Assembly: GCF_001194135.2 (NCBI RefSeq)
Contig: NC_068983.1
Location: 61,547,573-61,611,572 of the forward strand
Source of the DNA: Octopus bimaculoides
Taxonomy: Eukaryota
Reading direction: 5' to 3'
Length of the DNA stretch: 64,000 nt
A model generated the notes under the pieces. That model was not told where the DNA came from. It made no database searches and saw only the letters and a program-made list of their open reading frames with translations. A program made the position numbers and the translations under genes. Positions 26,089 to 38,420 of the stretch are shown here, piece by piece (within the stretch, counting starts at the first letter, position 1; each line of letters starts with the position of its first letter).

Positions 26089-26300
26089 TACTACTACTAC
26101 TACTACTGCTACTACTACTGCTGCTGCTGCTTGCTGTCATAATCTCCACCATCATCATCACCACTACAGCTGCTGTTGTTGCTGCAACTATGACTACTAC
26201 TTTTACTTCTACTGACACCACAACTACTAGTACTGCTATTAGCACCATTTTTCTACCTTATCACTACTGTTACTGCTGTTGCTGTTGTCACTGCTGCAGT

Positions 26301-26358
<58 letters not shown>

Positions 26359-26416
26359 GCTTCTGCTGCTGCTGCTGCTGCTGCTACTACCACTTCTTCT
26401 TCATCATCATCATCAT
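26089..26416. repeat. Compound trinucleotide microsatellite (CTA/CTG/CAT/CTT)
   Basis: Seen directly. Confidence 0.9.
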
Positions 26417-27115
26417 CTTTCCTTTACCACTCTGCAGCCATGCTCTTTGTCTTTTCTTATCTTACAATAGTTTCTTGTCATATGAAAATAATCATATCTC
26501 ACTTTCTCTACTCCACTTGTTGCTTCTTCAACCATTGTATCTCTTAGTTCCAACCTTCTTCTAAAACTGCTACTGTGTTGAACTTTCTCTCTGCAATATA
26601 ATTCCCTTGCTATCAAGAATCCTCTACATGAACACTCAACATACAAGAAATAACAGCCAAATCTCTTTCAACAATAAACCCAAAGATTATGGAAAGGTAC
26701 ACCGCATTGGATAATGTAGTTCTGGATGTGCAATGCCCAAGATAAAGACAGAAAACTTATAGTGAGATAATTTTTTCTTATAAATCTACTCACAGTATTA
26801 AATCAGCAGAATTTTTGGAGCATTGGTAAAAATGGCAGACAGTATTTCTCAAATCTTATTGAGGTTAACTCTGATTTTCATCCTTTTTGTGATCAATAAA
26901 ATGAAACACTGATCAAGTACTGGGGTTGGTGGTACCAAGTAAATTGTCCCCTTAAAATTGCTGGCCTTTGCTTAAATGAGAAACAATTATGTATCTGCTC
27001 AGTCAAACTAACCTGAGTCTCAATAACAACATAAGTTTCATAATTACCATCAATATTATCTTCTCTGGCCATTTTGCTATACTAGTATAGGTTGAATGGC
27101 TTTGCCAGCACTGCT

Positions 27116-28293
27116 TGATTTTTTGTTCAGCAACTCATTTGAGATTTGGTTTTACCATTCTTATTACATGTCTTATTCAGGAGCCAACAAAGGAACCAGC
27201 AGTTGCTCAACTTACTAAATGGTGGTGGTGCTGGTGGTGGTGAAGGCAATTAATCTTCTGAGTGAACCAAAGAAACTATGTTTCTATTGGATTTTCAATT
27301 AACTGATACTATCAACTCATGACAGAAAGATCTGCATTTTTCAATACACGATGGGATTTGAACTCTGAATGTACAGAAGAACAGATATCACAAAGCATTC
27401 TGTCTGATGTCAACCCACCATCCAGGATTTTTACTTTTTTTATTGACCCTGGCATAATGAAAGGCAGAGTTATCCTTGGCAGGATATGAACTCAGGGCAT
27501 AGACAGACAGAACAAGTACCACAAGGAAGCTGTAGGTTTGGGAACAGGGGATGTAGGGGTGCAAGAGCACCTGCTACTATTTTTCTAGGGTAATGAAAAC
27601 ACTTTGAACATCTTGTGTTGGACCTGGGTTTGCCACCCCTAAGCAAATTTTATTCCTGCACTGAAGGCAGCCTATCCAACTCTTTAAGAACTTTACCAAT
27701 TTGCTTTTGGGCAATTAAATTAATTTGAATTACACTCCACACTCTTGAAAAAGGAAAAAAAAAAAGGACACATTAGCCAATTAATCTGAGACACACAAAA
27801 AAGTGGGATGGCCACTGCTCAAATGCTATATGTCTGTTCAATGAAATATTTACCTGGAGTAAAAGAAAAAAATTAAAAAAAGAAGCAGAAATGAAAAGAA
27901 AAATTAAATCAAAAACAAAACAAAATAAATCAACAAATATACTTGGTTTAATACTCTTGACCTTTGGATGCCTTTAGTGGAGTCCTGGAGTTCATTCTGT
28001 TGCAAATATTGAGGCCAGGTTTCTGATTTTTTGTTCAGCAACTCATTTGAGATTTGGTTTTACCATTCTTATTACATGTCTTATTCAGGAGCCAACAAAG
28101 GAACCAGCAGTTGCTCAACTTACTAAATGGTGGTGGTGCTGGTGGTGGTGACGGCAATTAATCTTCTGAGTGAACCAAAGAAACTGTTTCTATTGGATTT
28201 TCAAATAACTGATACTATCAACTCATGACAGAAAGATCTGCATTTTTCAATACACGATGGGATTTGAACTCTGAACGTACAGAAGAACAGATA
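27116..28293 (+). repeat. ~270-bp near-identical direct repeat (27116-27387 and 28024-28293)
   Basis: By eye the copies differ by about three substitutions and one 2-bp indel; spacer 636 bp. Confidence 0.92.
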
Positions 28294-29047
28294 ACTTAAT
28301 ATCTTGATTCACTAATCTCAGGCATCCTGCAATAAGCTATGAAGCGCTAACCCCAGTCTCAGACCCCTTGCAATCAACTATATGCCACTTCTGACTTAGC
28401 CACAAAATTAAAAAAAAAAAGTGGGTCTCTTTCTCTCCTATGTGTACCTCCATTTATCAACACACATCACTTTTTACTCAGCATTACTCAATCCATTCAT
28501 TCATTCACTGTATATGTTCATAGCAGTGGAGTCAACTTTTAATATCCCATTCTATCTCAGCCAATCTTTCAGCTGACTTGAGGTCTAGCTTGCATGTAGG
28601 TTAATAGTACATATCTTTCTAGCTGTTGACACTGGTACTACTATCCTATATGATTAAGTATGTGAGTAACTACCATGACATCTGTGATTTATTTTATTTT
28701 TAATATGTCCTTGATACTTTTAACAATTAACTAGAATACTTCACAGACATGTTGCTTTTCATTTCTTTCACTTCCTTAAAAGTAATATCAACTATACTTA
28801 CTAATGTTAATATCAATAGCTAGCTTCTCTGCTGGCTCTGCTTGGAAAGGTCTCTCATTATCTCACTTATAGTTCTCATTGAACACCAGCCCACTCATAT
28901 TTGCCCTTTGCTTTACTTTTCAAAGAGAGCCCTTTGAATTAATGACAGAGTCAGCGAAACTAAATGTATTTTTTAAAATGTATACATGTAAATATATTAA
29001 TAACTTATCTACACACACACACAAACACACAGACACACATACCCTAG

Positions 29048-29686
29048 GAGTTCCTCTATGCTGATGACCTTACTCTAAAAGCTGAGTCACTGCCAGAACT
29101 GGAGACGAAGTTTAGGGTGTGGAAGCAAGGTCTAGAATCCAAGGGCCTTAGGGTTAACCTAGCCAAAACCAAAGTCTTGGCAAGTAGAAAGGCTGTCAAA
29201 TCACAACCCCCTTCAGGTAGATAGCCCTGCTTGATCTGTAGAATAGGCATGAGTAGAAACTCCATACGATGTACCCGGTGTAAGCTATGGACACATAAAA
29301 GTGCAGCAATATCAAAGGAAGGTTAACAGCAAAAATAGTTTTTGTGTGTAGTAGATGCACTGGGGCAATAAACACCGAAGACGTACAGAAAACAGATTCC
29401 ATCACATGCCAGCGGGAGAAACTAGAAGTAGATAATAGCTTCTGCTACCTAGGTGACCAAGTCTGTAGTGGGGGTGGTTGCTCTGAACGTATAGCGACTA
29501 GAGTAAGAATAGCCTGGGCAAAGTTCAGGGAACTCCTACCTCTACTGGCAACTAAGGACTTCTCGCTCAGGGTGAAAGGTAGACTGTATGATGCATGTAT
29601 GTAAACTGCCATGATACAGAGTAGTGAAACATGGGCCGTGAATGCTGATGACATAGGCAGGCTTGAAAGAAATGAAATTAGTATGT
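29048..29686 (+). mobile_element. RTE-clade LINE RT fragment with an inserted PHD-type finger
   Basis: YADDLTL, GLRVNLAKTKV, C4HC3 motif at 29225-29358, FCYLGD, RIAWAKFRELLPLL and SETW. Confidence 0.88.
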
Positions 29687-29930
29687 CATTACTTTCAAGA
29701 CAGTACTTTTTGACAAACCAAACATTTCGGCTGTTTTCGTTATGCTAGTGCCTGCCATATGAACACCAACAATTTGACCTCTTTGAAAGTACAATAGATC
29801 TGTCATTTTAAGGAATTTTAATTATCTTTTTCTGATGATATCTGAAAAGAAACAACAATTTTAGCAAAACATACTAAGCAACACTAATAACAAATCAAAA
29901 AACCATAAAAATGAACATAGATACATACAT
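29685..29930 (-). mobile_element. 5' part of a Tc1 transposon (start of HTH)
   Basis: ATG at 29806: MTDLLYFQRGQIVGVHMAGTSITKTAEMFG; overlaps in sequence with 31087-31180. Confidence 0.8.
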
Positions 29931-31086
29931 ACATACATACATACATATNNNNNNNNNNNNNNNNNNNNNNNNNNNNNNNNNNNNNNNNNNNNNNNNNNNN
30001 NNNNNNNNNNNNNNNNNNNNNNNNNNNNNNNNNNNNNNNNNNNNNNNNNNNNNNNNNNNNNNNNNNNNNNNNNNNNNNNNNNNNNNNNNNNNNNNNNNNN
30101 NNNNNNNNNNNNNNNNNNNNNNNNNNNNNNNNNNNNNNNNNNNNNNNNNNNNNNNNNNNNNNNNNNNNNNNNNNNNNNNNNNNNNNNNNNNNNNNNNNNN
30201 NNNNNNNNNNNNNNNNNNNNNNNNNNNNNNNNNNNNNNNNNNNNNNNNNNNNNNNNNNNNNNNNNNNNNNNNNNNNNNNNNNNNNNNNNNNNNNNNNNNN
30301 NNNNNNNNNNNNNNNNNNNNNNNNNNNNNNNNNNNNNNNNNNNNNNNNNNNNNNNNNNNNNNNNNNNNNNNNNNNNNNNNNNNNNNNNNNNNNNNNNNNN
30401 NNNNNNNNNNNNNNNNNNNNNNNNNNNNNNNNNNNNNNNNNNNNNNNNNNNNNNNNNNNNNNNNNNNNNNNNNNNNNNNNNNNNNNNNNNNNNNNNNNNN
30501 NNNNNNNNNNNNNNNNNNNNNNNNNNNNNNNNNNNNNNNNNNNNNNNNNNNNNNNNNNNNNNNNNNNNNNNNNNNNNNNNNNNNNNNNNNNNNNNNNNNN
30601 NNNNNNNNNNNNNNNNNNNNNNNNNNNATATATATATAGAATAATAAGAAAAAAGGAAAACCTTGTTGCAGTGCACCTAATTAGTGCTCAATATGAGTAA
30701 AATGTAACAAAAATCAAAATGGATGTCTGATTTTTGTAGGTCAAGTTCCTTTATCACGGGAATTCAAAATACATTAAAAATTCATCGAGATGTTAGGCTT
30801 CAAGCACTCCAATTTTACAATCTAAAGAAGAGCAGTATTACAAAACCTTACGGTCATTTTGAGGAGTGTGTTTGTATTGGGCAAGTTTTCCAGCTGATAC
30901 AAATAGTCGCATTTTTCTCATCAGAGGTACAAATAAAGCGATTAAAATAATTTAAAAATTGAGAAAGCTTAAAATATTTCCTACTTAAAGAACTTGAAGT
31001 CATATCGAGCAATGTTATATTTAAAAAAAACATCTTATAGTATTTTTTAAAAAAACGTTTGCAAAGATATAGAAAGGCTTTGTGAA

Positions 31087-31705
31087 GTCAAATTGTTGGT
31101 GTTCATATGACAGGCACTAGCATAACGAAAACAGCCGAAATGTTTGGTGTATCAAGAAGTACTGTCTTGAAAGTAATGACAGCCTTTGAGAAAGAGGGAA
31201 AAACCTCCTCGTCGAAACAAAACTCTGGAAGAAAACCAAAACTTTCAGATAGGGATCATCGGACTTTTACTCGAATTATTAGTAAGGATCACAAAAGTAC
31301 AGCTCCCAAAATTACTGCTGAGCTTAATGACCACCTCGAGAACCCAGTTTCCACAAAAACTGTTTGCTGGGAGCTGCACAAAGTCGGATGTCACAGGAGG
31401 GCTGCAATCAGAAAACAACTACTTTCAAAAGCAAACATTGCAAAGCATTTAGAGTGGAGAAAAAACCTACAGAACTGGTCCCTAGAGCAGTGAAAGAATG
31501 TTATTTTCTTGAACGACTCATCCTTTATCTTATTTCTGACCACTGGCCGAGTATACGTGTGGTGATGACCAAAAGAAGCATTTGACCCAGACTGCCTTCT
31601 TTCGGCTGTTAAACACGGAGGAAGATCTGTGATGATCTGGGGTGCTATATCTTGAAAATCCGCTGGCCTAATGATTTCCCTGGCAGAATTAATAGTCAAG
31701 ACTAA
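31087..31705 (+). mobile_element. Tc1-family transposase fragment
   Basis: HTH SITKTAEMFGVSRSTV, SGRKPKLSDRD, RRAAIRKQLLS, F.DESS.I and VKHGGRSVMIWGAI; runs into a gap. Confidence 0.9.
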
Positions 31706-32159
31706 NNNNNNNNNNNNNNNNNNNNNNNNNNNNNNNNNNNNNNNNNNNNNNNNNNNNNNNNNNNNNNNNNNNNNNNNNNNNNNNNNNNNNNNNNNNNNNN
31801 NNNNNNNNNNNNNNNNNNNNNNNNNNNNNNNNNNNNNNNNNNNNNNNNNNNNNNNNNNNNNNNNNNNNNNNNNNNNNNNNNNNNNNNNNNNNNNNNNNNN
31901 NNNNNNNNNNNNNNNNNNNNNNNNNNNNNNNNNNNNNNNNNNNNNNNNNNNNNNNNNNNNNNNNNNNNNNNNNNNNNNNNNNNNNNNNNNNNNNNNNNNN
32001 NNNNNNNNNNNNNNNNNNNNNNNNNNNNNNNNNNNNNNNNNNNNNNNNNNNNNNNNNNNNNNNNNNNNNNNNNNNNNNNNNNNNNNNNNNNNNNNNNNNN
32101 NNNNNNNNNNNNNNNNNNNNNNNNNNNNNNNNNNNNNNNNNNNNNNTGTATCTATATAC

Positions 32160-32187
32160 ATATATATGTATGTATGTATGTATGTAT

Positions 32188-32227
<40 letters not shown>

Positions 32228-32420
32228 GTTTGTCTCTTCGTCACTGCTTGACAACCAGTGTTGGTGTCTTTACATCTCCATAACCTAGCAGTTCAGCAAA
32301 AGTGTTCGATAGAATAAGTACCAGGCTTAAAAAAATAAATACTGGGGTTGATTCATTTGATCAAAAATGCTTCAAGGCAGTGCCCCAGAATGGCCACAGT
32401 CTAATGACTGAAACAAGTAA
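32160..32420 (+). mobile_element. tRNA-SINE 3' half
   Basis: gcttgacaaccagtgttggtgtc...gatagaataagtacc...gactgaaacaagtaaaag. Confidence 0.75.
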
Positions 32421-32559
32421 AAGATATATAAAAATCATTTGTAGAAAACATAAATCCAGACAAGAAGCGCATTCTAAGATATAAGTACGAATAGATTTAA
32501 AAAAAAACATGAATCAATGACATAATACGCATAGTACTTACCAGAAAGAAACAATAAAG

Positions 32560-32795
32560 CGGCGAGCTGGCAGAAACGTTAGCACGCTGGCCGAAATGCT
32601 TAGCGGTATTTCGTTTGCCGTTACGTTCTGAGTTCAAATTCCGTCGAGGTCGACTTTGCCTTTCATTCTTTCGGGGTCGATAAATTAAGTACTAGTTACA
32701 CACTGGAGTTGATGTAATCGACTTAATCCCGGTGTCTGTCCTTGTTTGTCCCCTCTATGTTTAGACCCTTGTGGGCAATAAAGAAATAAGAAAGA
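32560..32795 (+). mobile_element. Full-length tRNA-derived SINE with Meta-like central domain
   Basis: A box tggcagaaacg, B box gagttcaaattcc, core gactttgcctttcattctttcggggtcgataaattaagtac. The Meta assignment is from memory of Sauria/MetaSINE cores. Confidence 0.8.
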
Positions 32796-33189
32796 AACGT
32801 AATAGGTATTTTCTTAGTATATAAATAAATGAGTTGACAGATATGTGTTCTAAGATTTCTATATATTGTATTATATTATAAATTACAGATTATTATCGTA
32901 TTTCAATTTATCCCATTCTATTTTATTTTGTTTTATTTTCGTTTTTACCCTCTTTTAGAAGAAATACTGAATTATATACAAATGTATATATGTATGCTTA
33001 GTATATTTAACCAATGCTTAAACCTAAATATATATATATAAAAATATATACGCATATTGTGTACATGTGTATATAGGTCTATGTGTATATATATTAACTT
33101 GAATAATATATCTATTAACAGATAAAATATTGAAATTTGAGTAAATGCTAACACATATGTAAATTTGATTTAAATATGATTTGATGAAC

Positions 33190-33490
33190 ATAAGCACCAT
33201 CCGAACGTGGCTGATGCCAGCGCCGCCTTGACTGGCTTCTGTGCCAGTGGCATGTAAAAAGCACCAACCCGACCATGGTCATTGCCAGCCTCCTCTGGCC
33301 CCTGTGCCGGTGGCAAATAAAAAGCACCCACTACACTCTTGGAGTAGTTGGCGTTAGCAAGGGTATCCAGCTGAAGAAACACTGCTAGATCAGACTGGAG
33401 CCTAGTGCAACCTCCTGGCTTCCCAGACCCCAGTCGAACTATCCAACCCATGCCAGTTTGGAAAACAGACATTAAACGATGATGATGACG
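33190..33490 (+). mobile_element. (GAT)n-tailed SINE 3' part
   Basis: Tandem modules plus tail gacattaaacgatgatgatgacg. Confidence 0.8.
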
Positions 33491-33829
33491 ATGTATACAT
33501 GAATATTTACTAGTATCTACTAGCAAGCCAATGGAAATTATACAATTATAACAGTTTATTATTTATTGTGCATTTTCCTAATTTATTTATTTATTTATTT
33601 TCATCATCACCATCATCATAATCATCGTTTAACGTCCAACAATATTTTATTCATATTATACATATTTTTGAATAAGTTTATTTATTTTATTTTATTTATA
33701 TTTTTACTTACTTGAATTATAACGTTAGAAAATACATATGCACAATATATATGAAATAACATGTTAAACTTCTTTAGTTGTAGATTTGAATCCCTTCAAC
33801 AAAGATGTAACTTTCGTTATTATTAAAAC

Positions 33830-33943
33830 AAAAGCCCTGAAGAGATTCTACCCCTTACAGCTTCAATTCTTAACATTGGATTTAACCCAAATGCTTTGAA
33901 TTATGCATTACCAAGGGGCTAGAATCGAAATATGTAGATTTTT
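33830..33943 (+). ncRNA. Type I hammerhead ribozyme motif with minimal helix III
   Basis: CTGAAGA 33837-43; helix II GATTCTACCCCTT / AAGGGG-C-TAGAATC (13 bp); GAAA 33927-30; near-palindromic ATATGT then A (GUA site); helix I aaaagcc/gattttt with one mismatch. Confidence 0.7.
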
Positions 33944-34079
33944 TTAGTCTTCTATTGTGTTTTTTAAAAATTTATTTTTATTTATATTTTAACAACAAAC
34001 TATGATACAAATAAATTAACTATACATCCTCAACTCTCCATTTTCTTACATTATTAATTTTACTTATTATATACATGTA

Positions 34080-34110
<31 letters not shown>

Positions 34111-34154
34111 ATGAATACACACATACACATACATAGATATTCCCTTCCATATTA

Positions 34155-34244
34155 GCTAACTCTGATGAGCATAAGGTTATATAATCGGATTGTTACACAA
34201 CTCTCCATTGTATTCCTTCTGCGAAACCGATTGGTAAGATCAGC
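34155..34244 (+). ncRNA. Type I hammerhead ribozyme motif with canonical core
   Basis: CTGATGA 34162-68; helix II GCATAAGG/CCTTCTGC; GAA; helix III ACC-GATT-GGT; GUA site at 34234-36; interrupted helix I gctaact/agatcagc. Confidence 0.75.
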
Positions 34245-34341
34245 CATAATAGATGAATAATACTATATATTTTGGATAATATAACCACTCTATTGAGAGA
34301 TATGTGAGTGTATTTTTTCCCTGACTTATGGTTGCTTAGAC

Positions 34342-34415
<74 letters not shown>

Positions 34416-34556
34416 TATATGTGATATATGTATGCATGCATGTATATATATATCATCCTCATCATCATCACCATCATCGTTTAATGTCCGCCTTCCATGC
34501 TGGCATGAGTGGGATATTTATATATANNNNNNNNNNNNNNNNNNNNNNNNNNNNNN

Positions 34557-34591
<35 letters not shown>

Positions 34592-35047
34592 CATGCATCT
34601 CTGATACCATTATATGTGCATGTATGTATAAGTGTCTATGTGTGTATGCTAAATTTTGTGAAACCAATTAGAGCTGGTATAAAACCAAAATATGTCAGTT
34701 TGATGCCTTTGGCACATAAAATAGAAAGAAAATGATAAGAGGCTGAAAACAATTTTGCTGCAATATTGCTTTTCTTTTTTCTAATACATCCTGATATATT
34801 CCAGAAAGTTCTTGACTATGGTTTTGTCACAATTTTTCATTTCCACTGTGAAAACTATGAGACAGTAACAATATAATAAAGGTATTTTCAGGTATAATTC
34901 ATTGTCAGTAAAATAAGTATTGATGTGAGCTATCTCCGTATGTCTTCATCTTATTTGCATTCCAGCTTTTGCCTAAGCTTGTCTGTCATTCTTAACTATT
35001 ATTGTAGAAACTAATACCTATTATCTCTCTCTCTCTCTCTCACTTGC

Positions 35048-35102
<55 letters not shown>

Positions 35103-35270
35103 GTCTGATTGTCTGTCCACTCACTTGTCCTTCTATCCTATATCCACTCACCCTAATTAGCCTGCACTGTGTGTGTGTGTGTGTGTNNNNNNNNNNNNNN
35201 NNNNNNNNNNNNNNNNNNNNNNNNNNNNNNNNNNNNNNNNNNNNNNNNNNNNNNNNNNNNNNNNNNNNNN

Positions 35271-35330
<60 letters not shown>

Positions 35331-35578
35331 ATAGCTGAGAGTTAGATATGCACAGTATAAAAAGCATGTAGTAATGCTTATATATATATTCGAAACGTCA
35401 GGTTAGAATAGAGGCAGCTGATGAAGGAATATTCCAAGTGGCTTTCCGTTTTCCTATGTGTTCGTTCCGTTGTCTGTAGTTCATTATTCTAACGTCCTGT
35501 ACCCTGATATGCATATATATACACATATAGATGTAAGTATGTACATATATGTGTGTATACATGTATATATATTCTTTG

Positions 35579-35621
<43 letters not shown>

Positions 35622-35959
35622 ATATGTATGAATGTGCATGTGTATGTGTATGCACACGTGGGTGCATGTCTTGTGTTTATTATGTGTCAAGAATTGTAGG
35701 AAATATATTTAAATGTAGTGCTAGCTGTTCAAAGCACCAAATTTTGTACTGTTAAGCAAATCACCACCAATTTCCTCAGATTCCTCGATTTTCTTCCATT
35801 TAGAAAATCTAAAGTATGTTCTACTTCAAGTGTAGAATTTATTACCTGCTGTTCTTCTCATTTAGTGTTATTTCAATTCACTTGCATTATTAATGCACTA
35901 AAAATGTATGATGGTCACCAAATCATATTTCTCTCTTCCATTCTCAAAATATAAAAAAG

Positions 35960-36150
35960 GCTGGGCAAAATTCTTAGTGGCATTTCATCTGTCTTTACAT
36001 TCTGAGTTCAAATCCTCTCAAAGTCTTCTTTGCCTTTCATCCTTTTGGGGTCAATAAAATAAATGTCAGTTGAGCACTGGGGTCGATGTGATTGACTTAA
36101 CACCCTTCCCTGAAATTATTGGCCTTGTGCCAAAATTTGAAGCCAAAACT
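35960..36150 (+). mobile_element. Meta-like tRNA SINE
   Basis: ctgagttcaaatcc...gcctttcatccttttggggtcaataaaa...ggccttgtgccaaaatttgaa. Confidence 0.75.
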
Positions 36151-36254
36151 AAAATATATAATTTTTGCATAATTAAATTTTCCTAACATAAGAGAATATT
36201 TAAGTTTGGGATGAATTTATATATAGACAGTGTTAGTTCATCATAGATAACTGT

Positions 36255-36465
36255 GTCACTCTGTGAAATGGTTGGCGTTAGGAAAGACATCCAGCCATAG
36301 AAACCATGTGCCAAAGCAGGCATTGGAACCTGGCACAGTCCTCTGTTTCATTGGATCCACTCCATCAAACTGTCCAATCCATGCCAGCATGGCAAACGGA
36401 TGTTAAATGACAATGATGATGATAATGATGATGATGATGATGATAATAATGATGATGGTGATGAT
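36255..36465 (+). mobile_element. (GAT)n-tailed SINE 3' part
   Basis: ggttggcgttaggaaagacatccagcc...gatgttaaatgacaatgatgat. Confidence 0.7.
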
Positions 36466-37974
36466 CTGTTGTGTAGATCATCTGATGTTATATCATCAAA
36501 TCATCTAACACCATAAGTTATTATAGACTAACATAACACTAAATAAACTTTAGCAGCAAGAGTAGCATATGCTATGAGCAAACATTTTCAAAGGGCCTAT
36601 GCTAAATACTTTATTAGTATATTACTATATTGTCTTCAAAATGTATGAAAGACTAGTAGTTTAAGGATGATCTAGTACTTGGAATACTTTTGAGATCCAA
36701 TACACTTTAGATTAAAAGCTTGTAAAGTTTCCTTTGTGATACAATGATTCTTCACATGCCCTACAACTATACTGCTATACAAGTCTTCATTATTGTTAAA
36801 TGGCTGGTTGTGTGAAGTTGATCCAATACTTAGAATACTTTCACCATCAAATACACTTTAAAGTAAACAAATTACAATAATCAAATTGAATAGCAACAAT
36901 AAATGGGCAGACTTACTTTATTTTTGTGAAATGTTAATTAATAGACATAGCATTTTAATTCTCCATTTTGATACATTAAACTTGTTATACAGTAATTAAG
37001 TTTAATTAATGTTTTTCTTACAAATAAGATCAGACAAACAAATCAGGTTATTATCAAATGTATTTTGGACTCTATAATGCTAACCATTCCCATTAAATCA
37101 AATTGAGACTTTTAATGCAATTAAGCAAAGCTACAGCACAAATAACCAGTATGAATTAATATAATCACATTTTTATGACAGACCATTGAATTATATTAGG
37201 ATTGTGTATCAGGAAAGAAGATTTAACTTGTGTATTTTATGAACTGGCATAGTTAGAATATCAAATAGAATGAATCATGGTATTTGTTCCAACTCCGTAT
37301 GCTCAGTGTTCAAATCCCACCAAGGAATTGGAAAAGCAGTAATATTATCAAACTGGATGCTAGATACTTTATTTCCTTTGATTTGAGATTAGAACATTTA
37401 GACAAAATTAAATCTGAATTTTATAAAAATGCCTGCTGACATTTTTTCAACTAACCATTTTCGATGTTATTTGAACGTGTGTTTTATCTGATGAATTTAC
37501 CTTCAAAGGGGAAGGAATCTCTTCTAGGTTAAATTTTGTTATGTTGAAGAATTATGTATATCTAAAATCTAGTTCTTAATCATTTTTATTTCTACATAAA
37601 TTAAAGCTCTTAAAGTTTCTTTTTCTTAAAGATTTTAGCCAACAGTTATCTATATATGGTCCATTTCAATCTTCTTTTAGAATTTTCAGCATGGCATAAC
37701 CCAAAACAAATCAACTATGCTAAATTCAACGAATTTCACAAAAAAAAAAAAGATTTCTTAAAACAGAAAATAGTTGACAATCTAAAAACAGCTTAAAAGC
37801 ATATCTTGCTTTGTGTTTTTTTTTCATCTTAAGTCATTAACTACTTGGCAGTAGAGGAAAGAGCATAGAGAACAAAGGACTATTGTACTACAGGTAAAAT
37901 ATTTTCATTGTAAATTTATCTTGCGAAGAAGTTTTCTGTTTTTTGTTGCCATCTATATACATAAAACACAGGAT

Positions 37975-38420
37975 GTGTCTGTCATGTCATTATAACTTGA
38001 GATCCACCAAACCGATTTTAATGAAATGTTACACATGCATTACATAGGGTCCATGGAGTGTTATAGGCCAAAAATATTTTCAACTTCTTGCCTAATGCGG
38101 GTTCAGTGGCAGATGAACCGCATTTTTAAAGTATTTTCACAGTGTTAAGGCCTGTAACTTGAAGGGTATCCAGTAGTTTTCCTTCAAATTTGCAACAAAC
38201 ATTAATCAAGCTTCTTGAATTGCTGTTAACTAAAAAAATTTCTGATGCTGACTATGGGCTCCCCACGAAATGCAGATTAATCCTGCTTGAGTATACTGCA
38301 CTGGATTTTATCTTTGTTTTAGGCCATTTTCTGACGATAAAATATTGACACTACTCATGCATTATAAGTAGCATATAATATTTTACGAAAACCTTTTTGT
38401 CCAATTTGGCAGAGGAAATG
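37975..38420. mobile_element. Possible non-autonomous Helitron/Helentron-like relic
   Basis: aaccgattttaatgaaa motif and GC hairpin gcgggttca-gtggcaga-tgaaccgc (38097-38121); classification from memory only. Confidence 0.3.

Noticed and set aside
27116-28293. TRIM/LTR-pair interpretation of the 270-bp repeats
   Set aside because: No CA end, no PBS or PPT, no TSD; the repeat ends inside a SINE head remnant.
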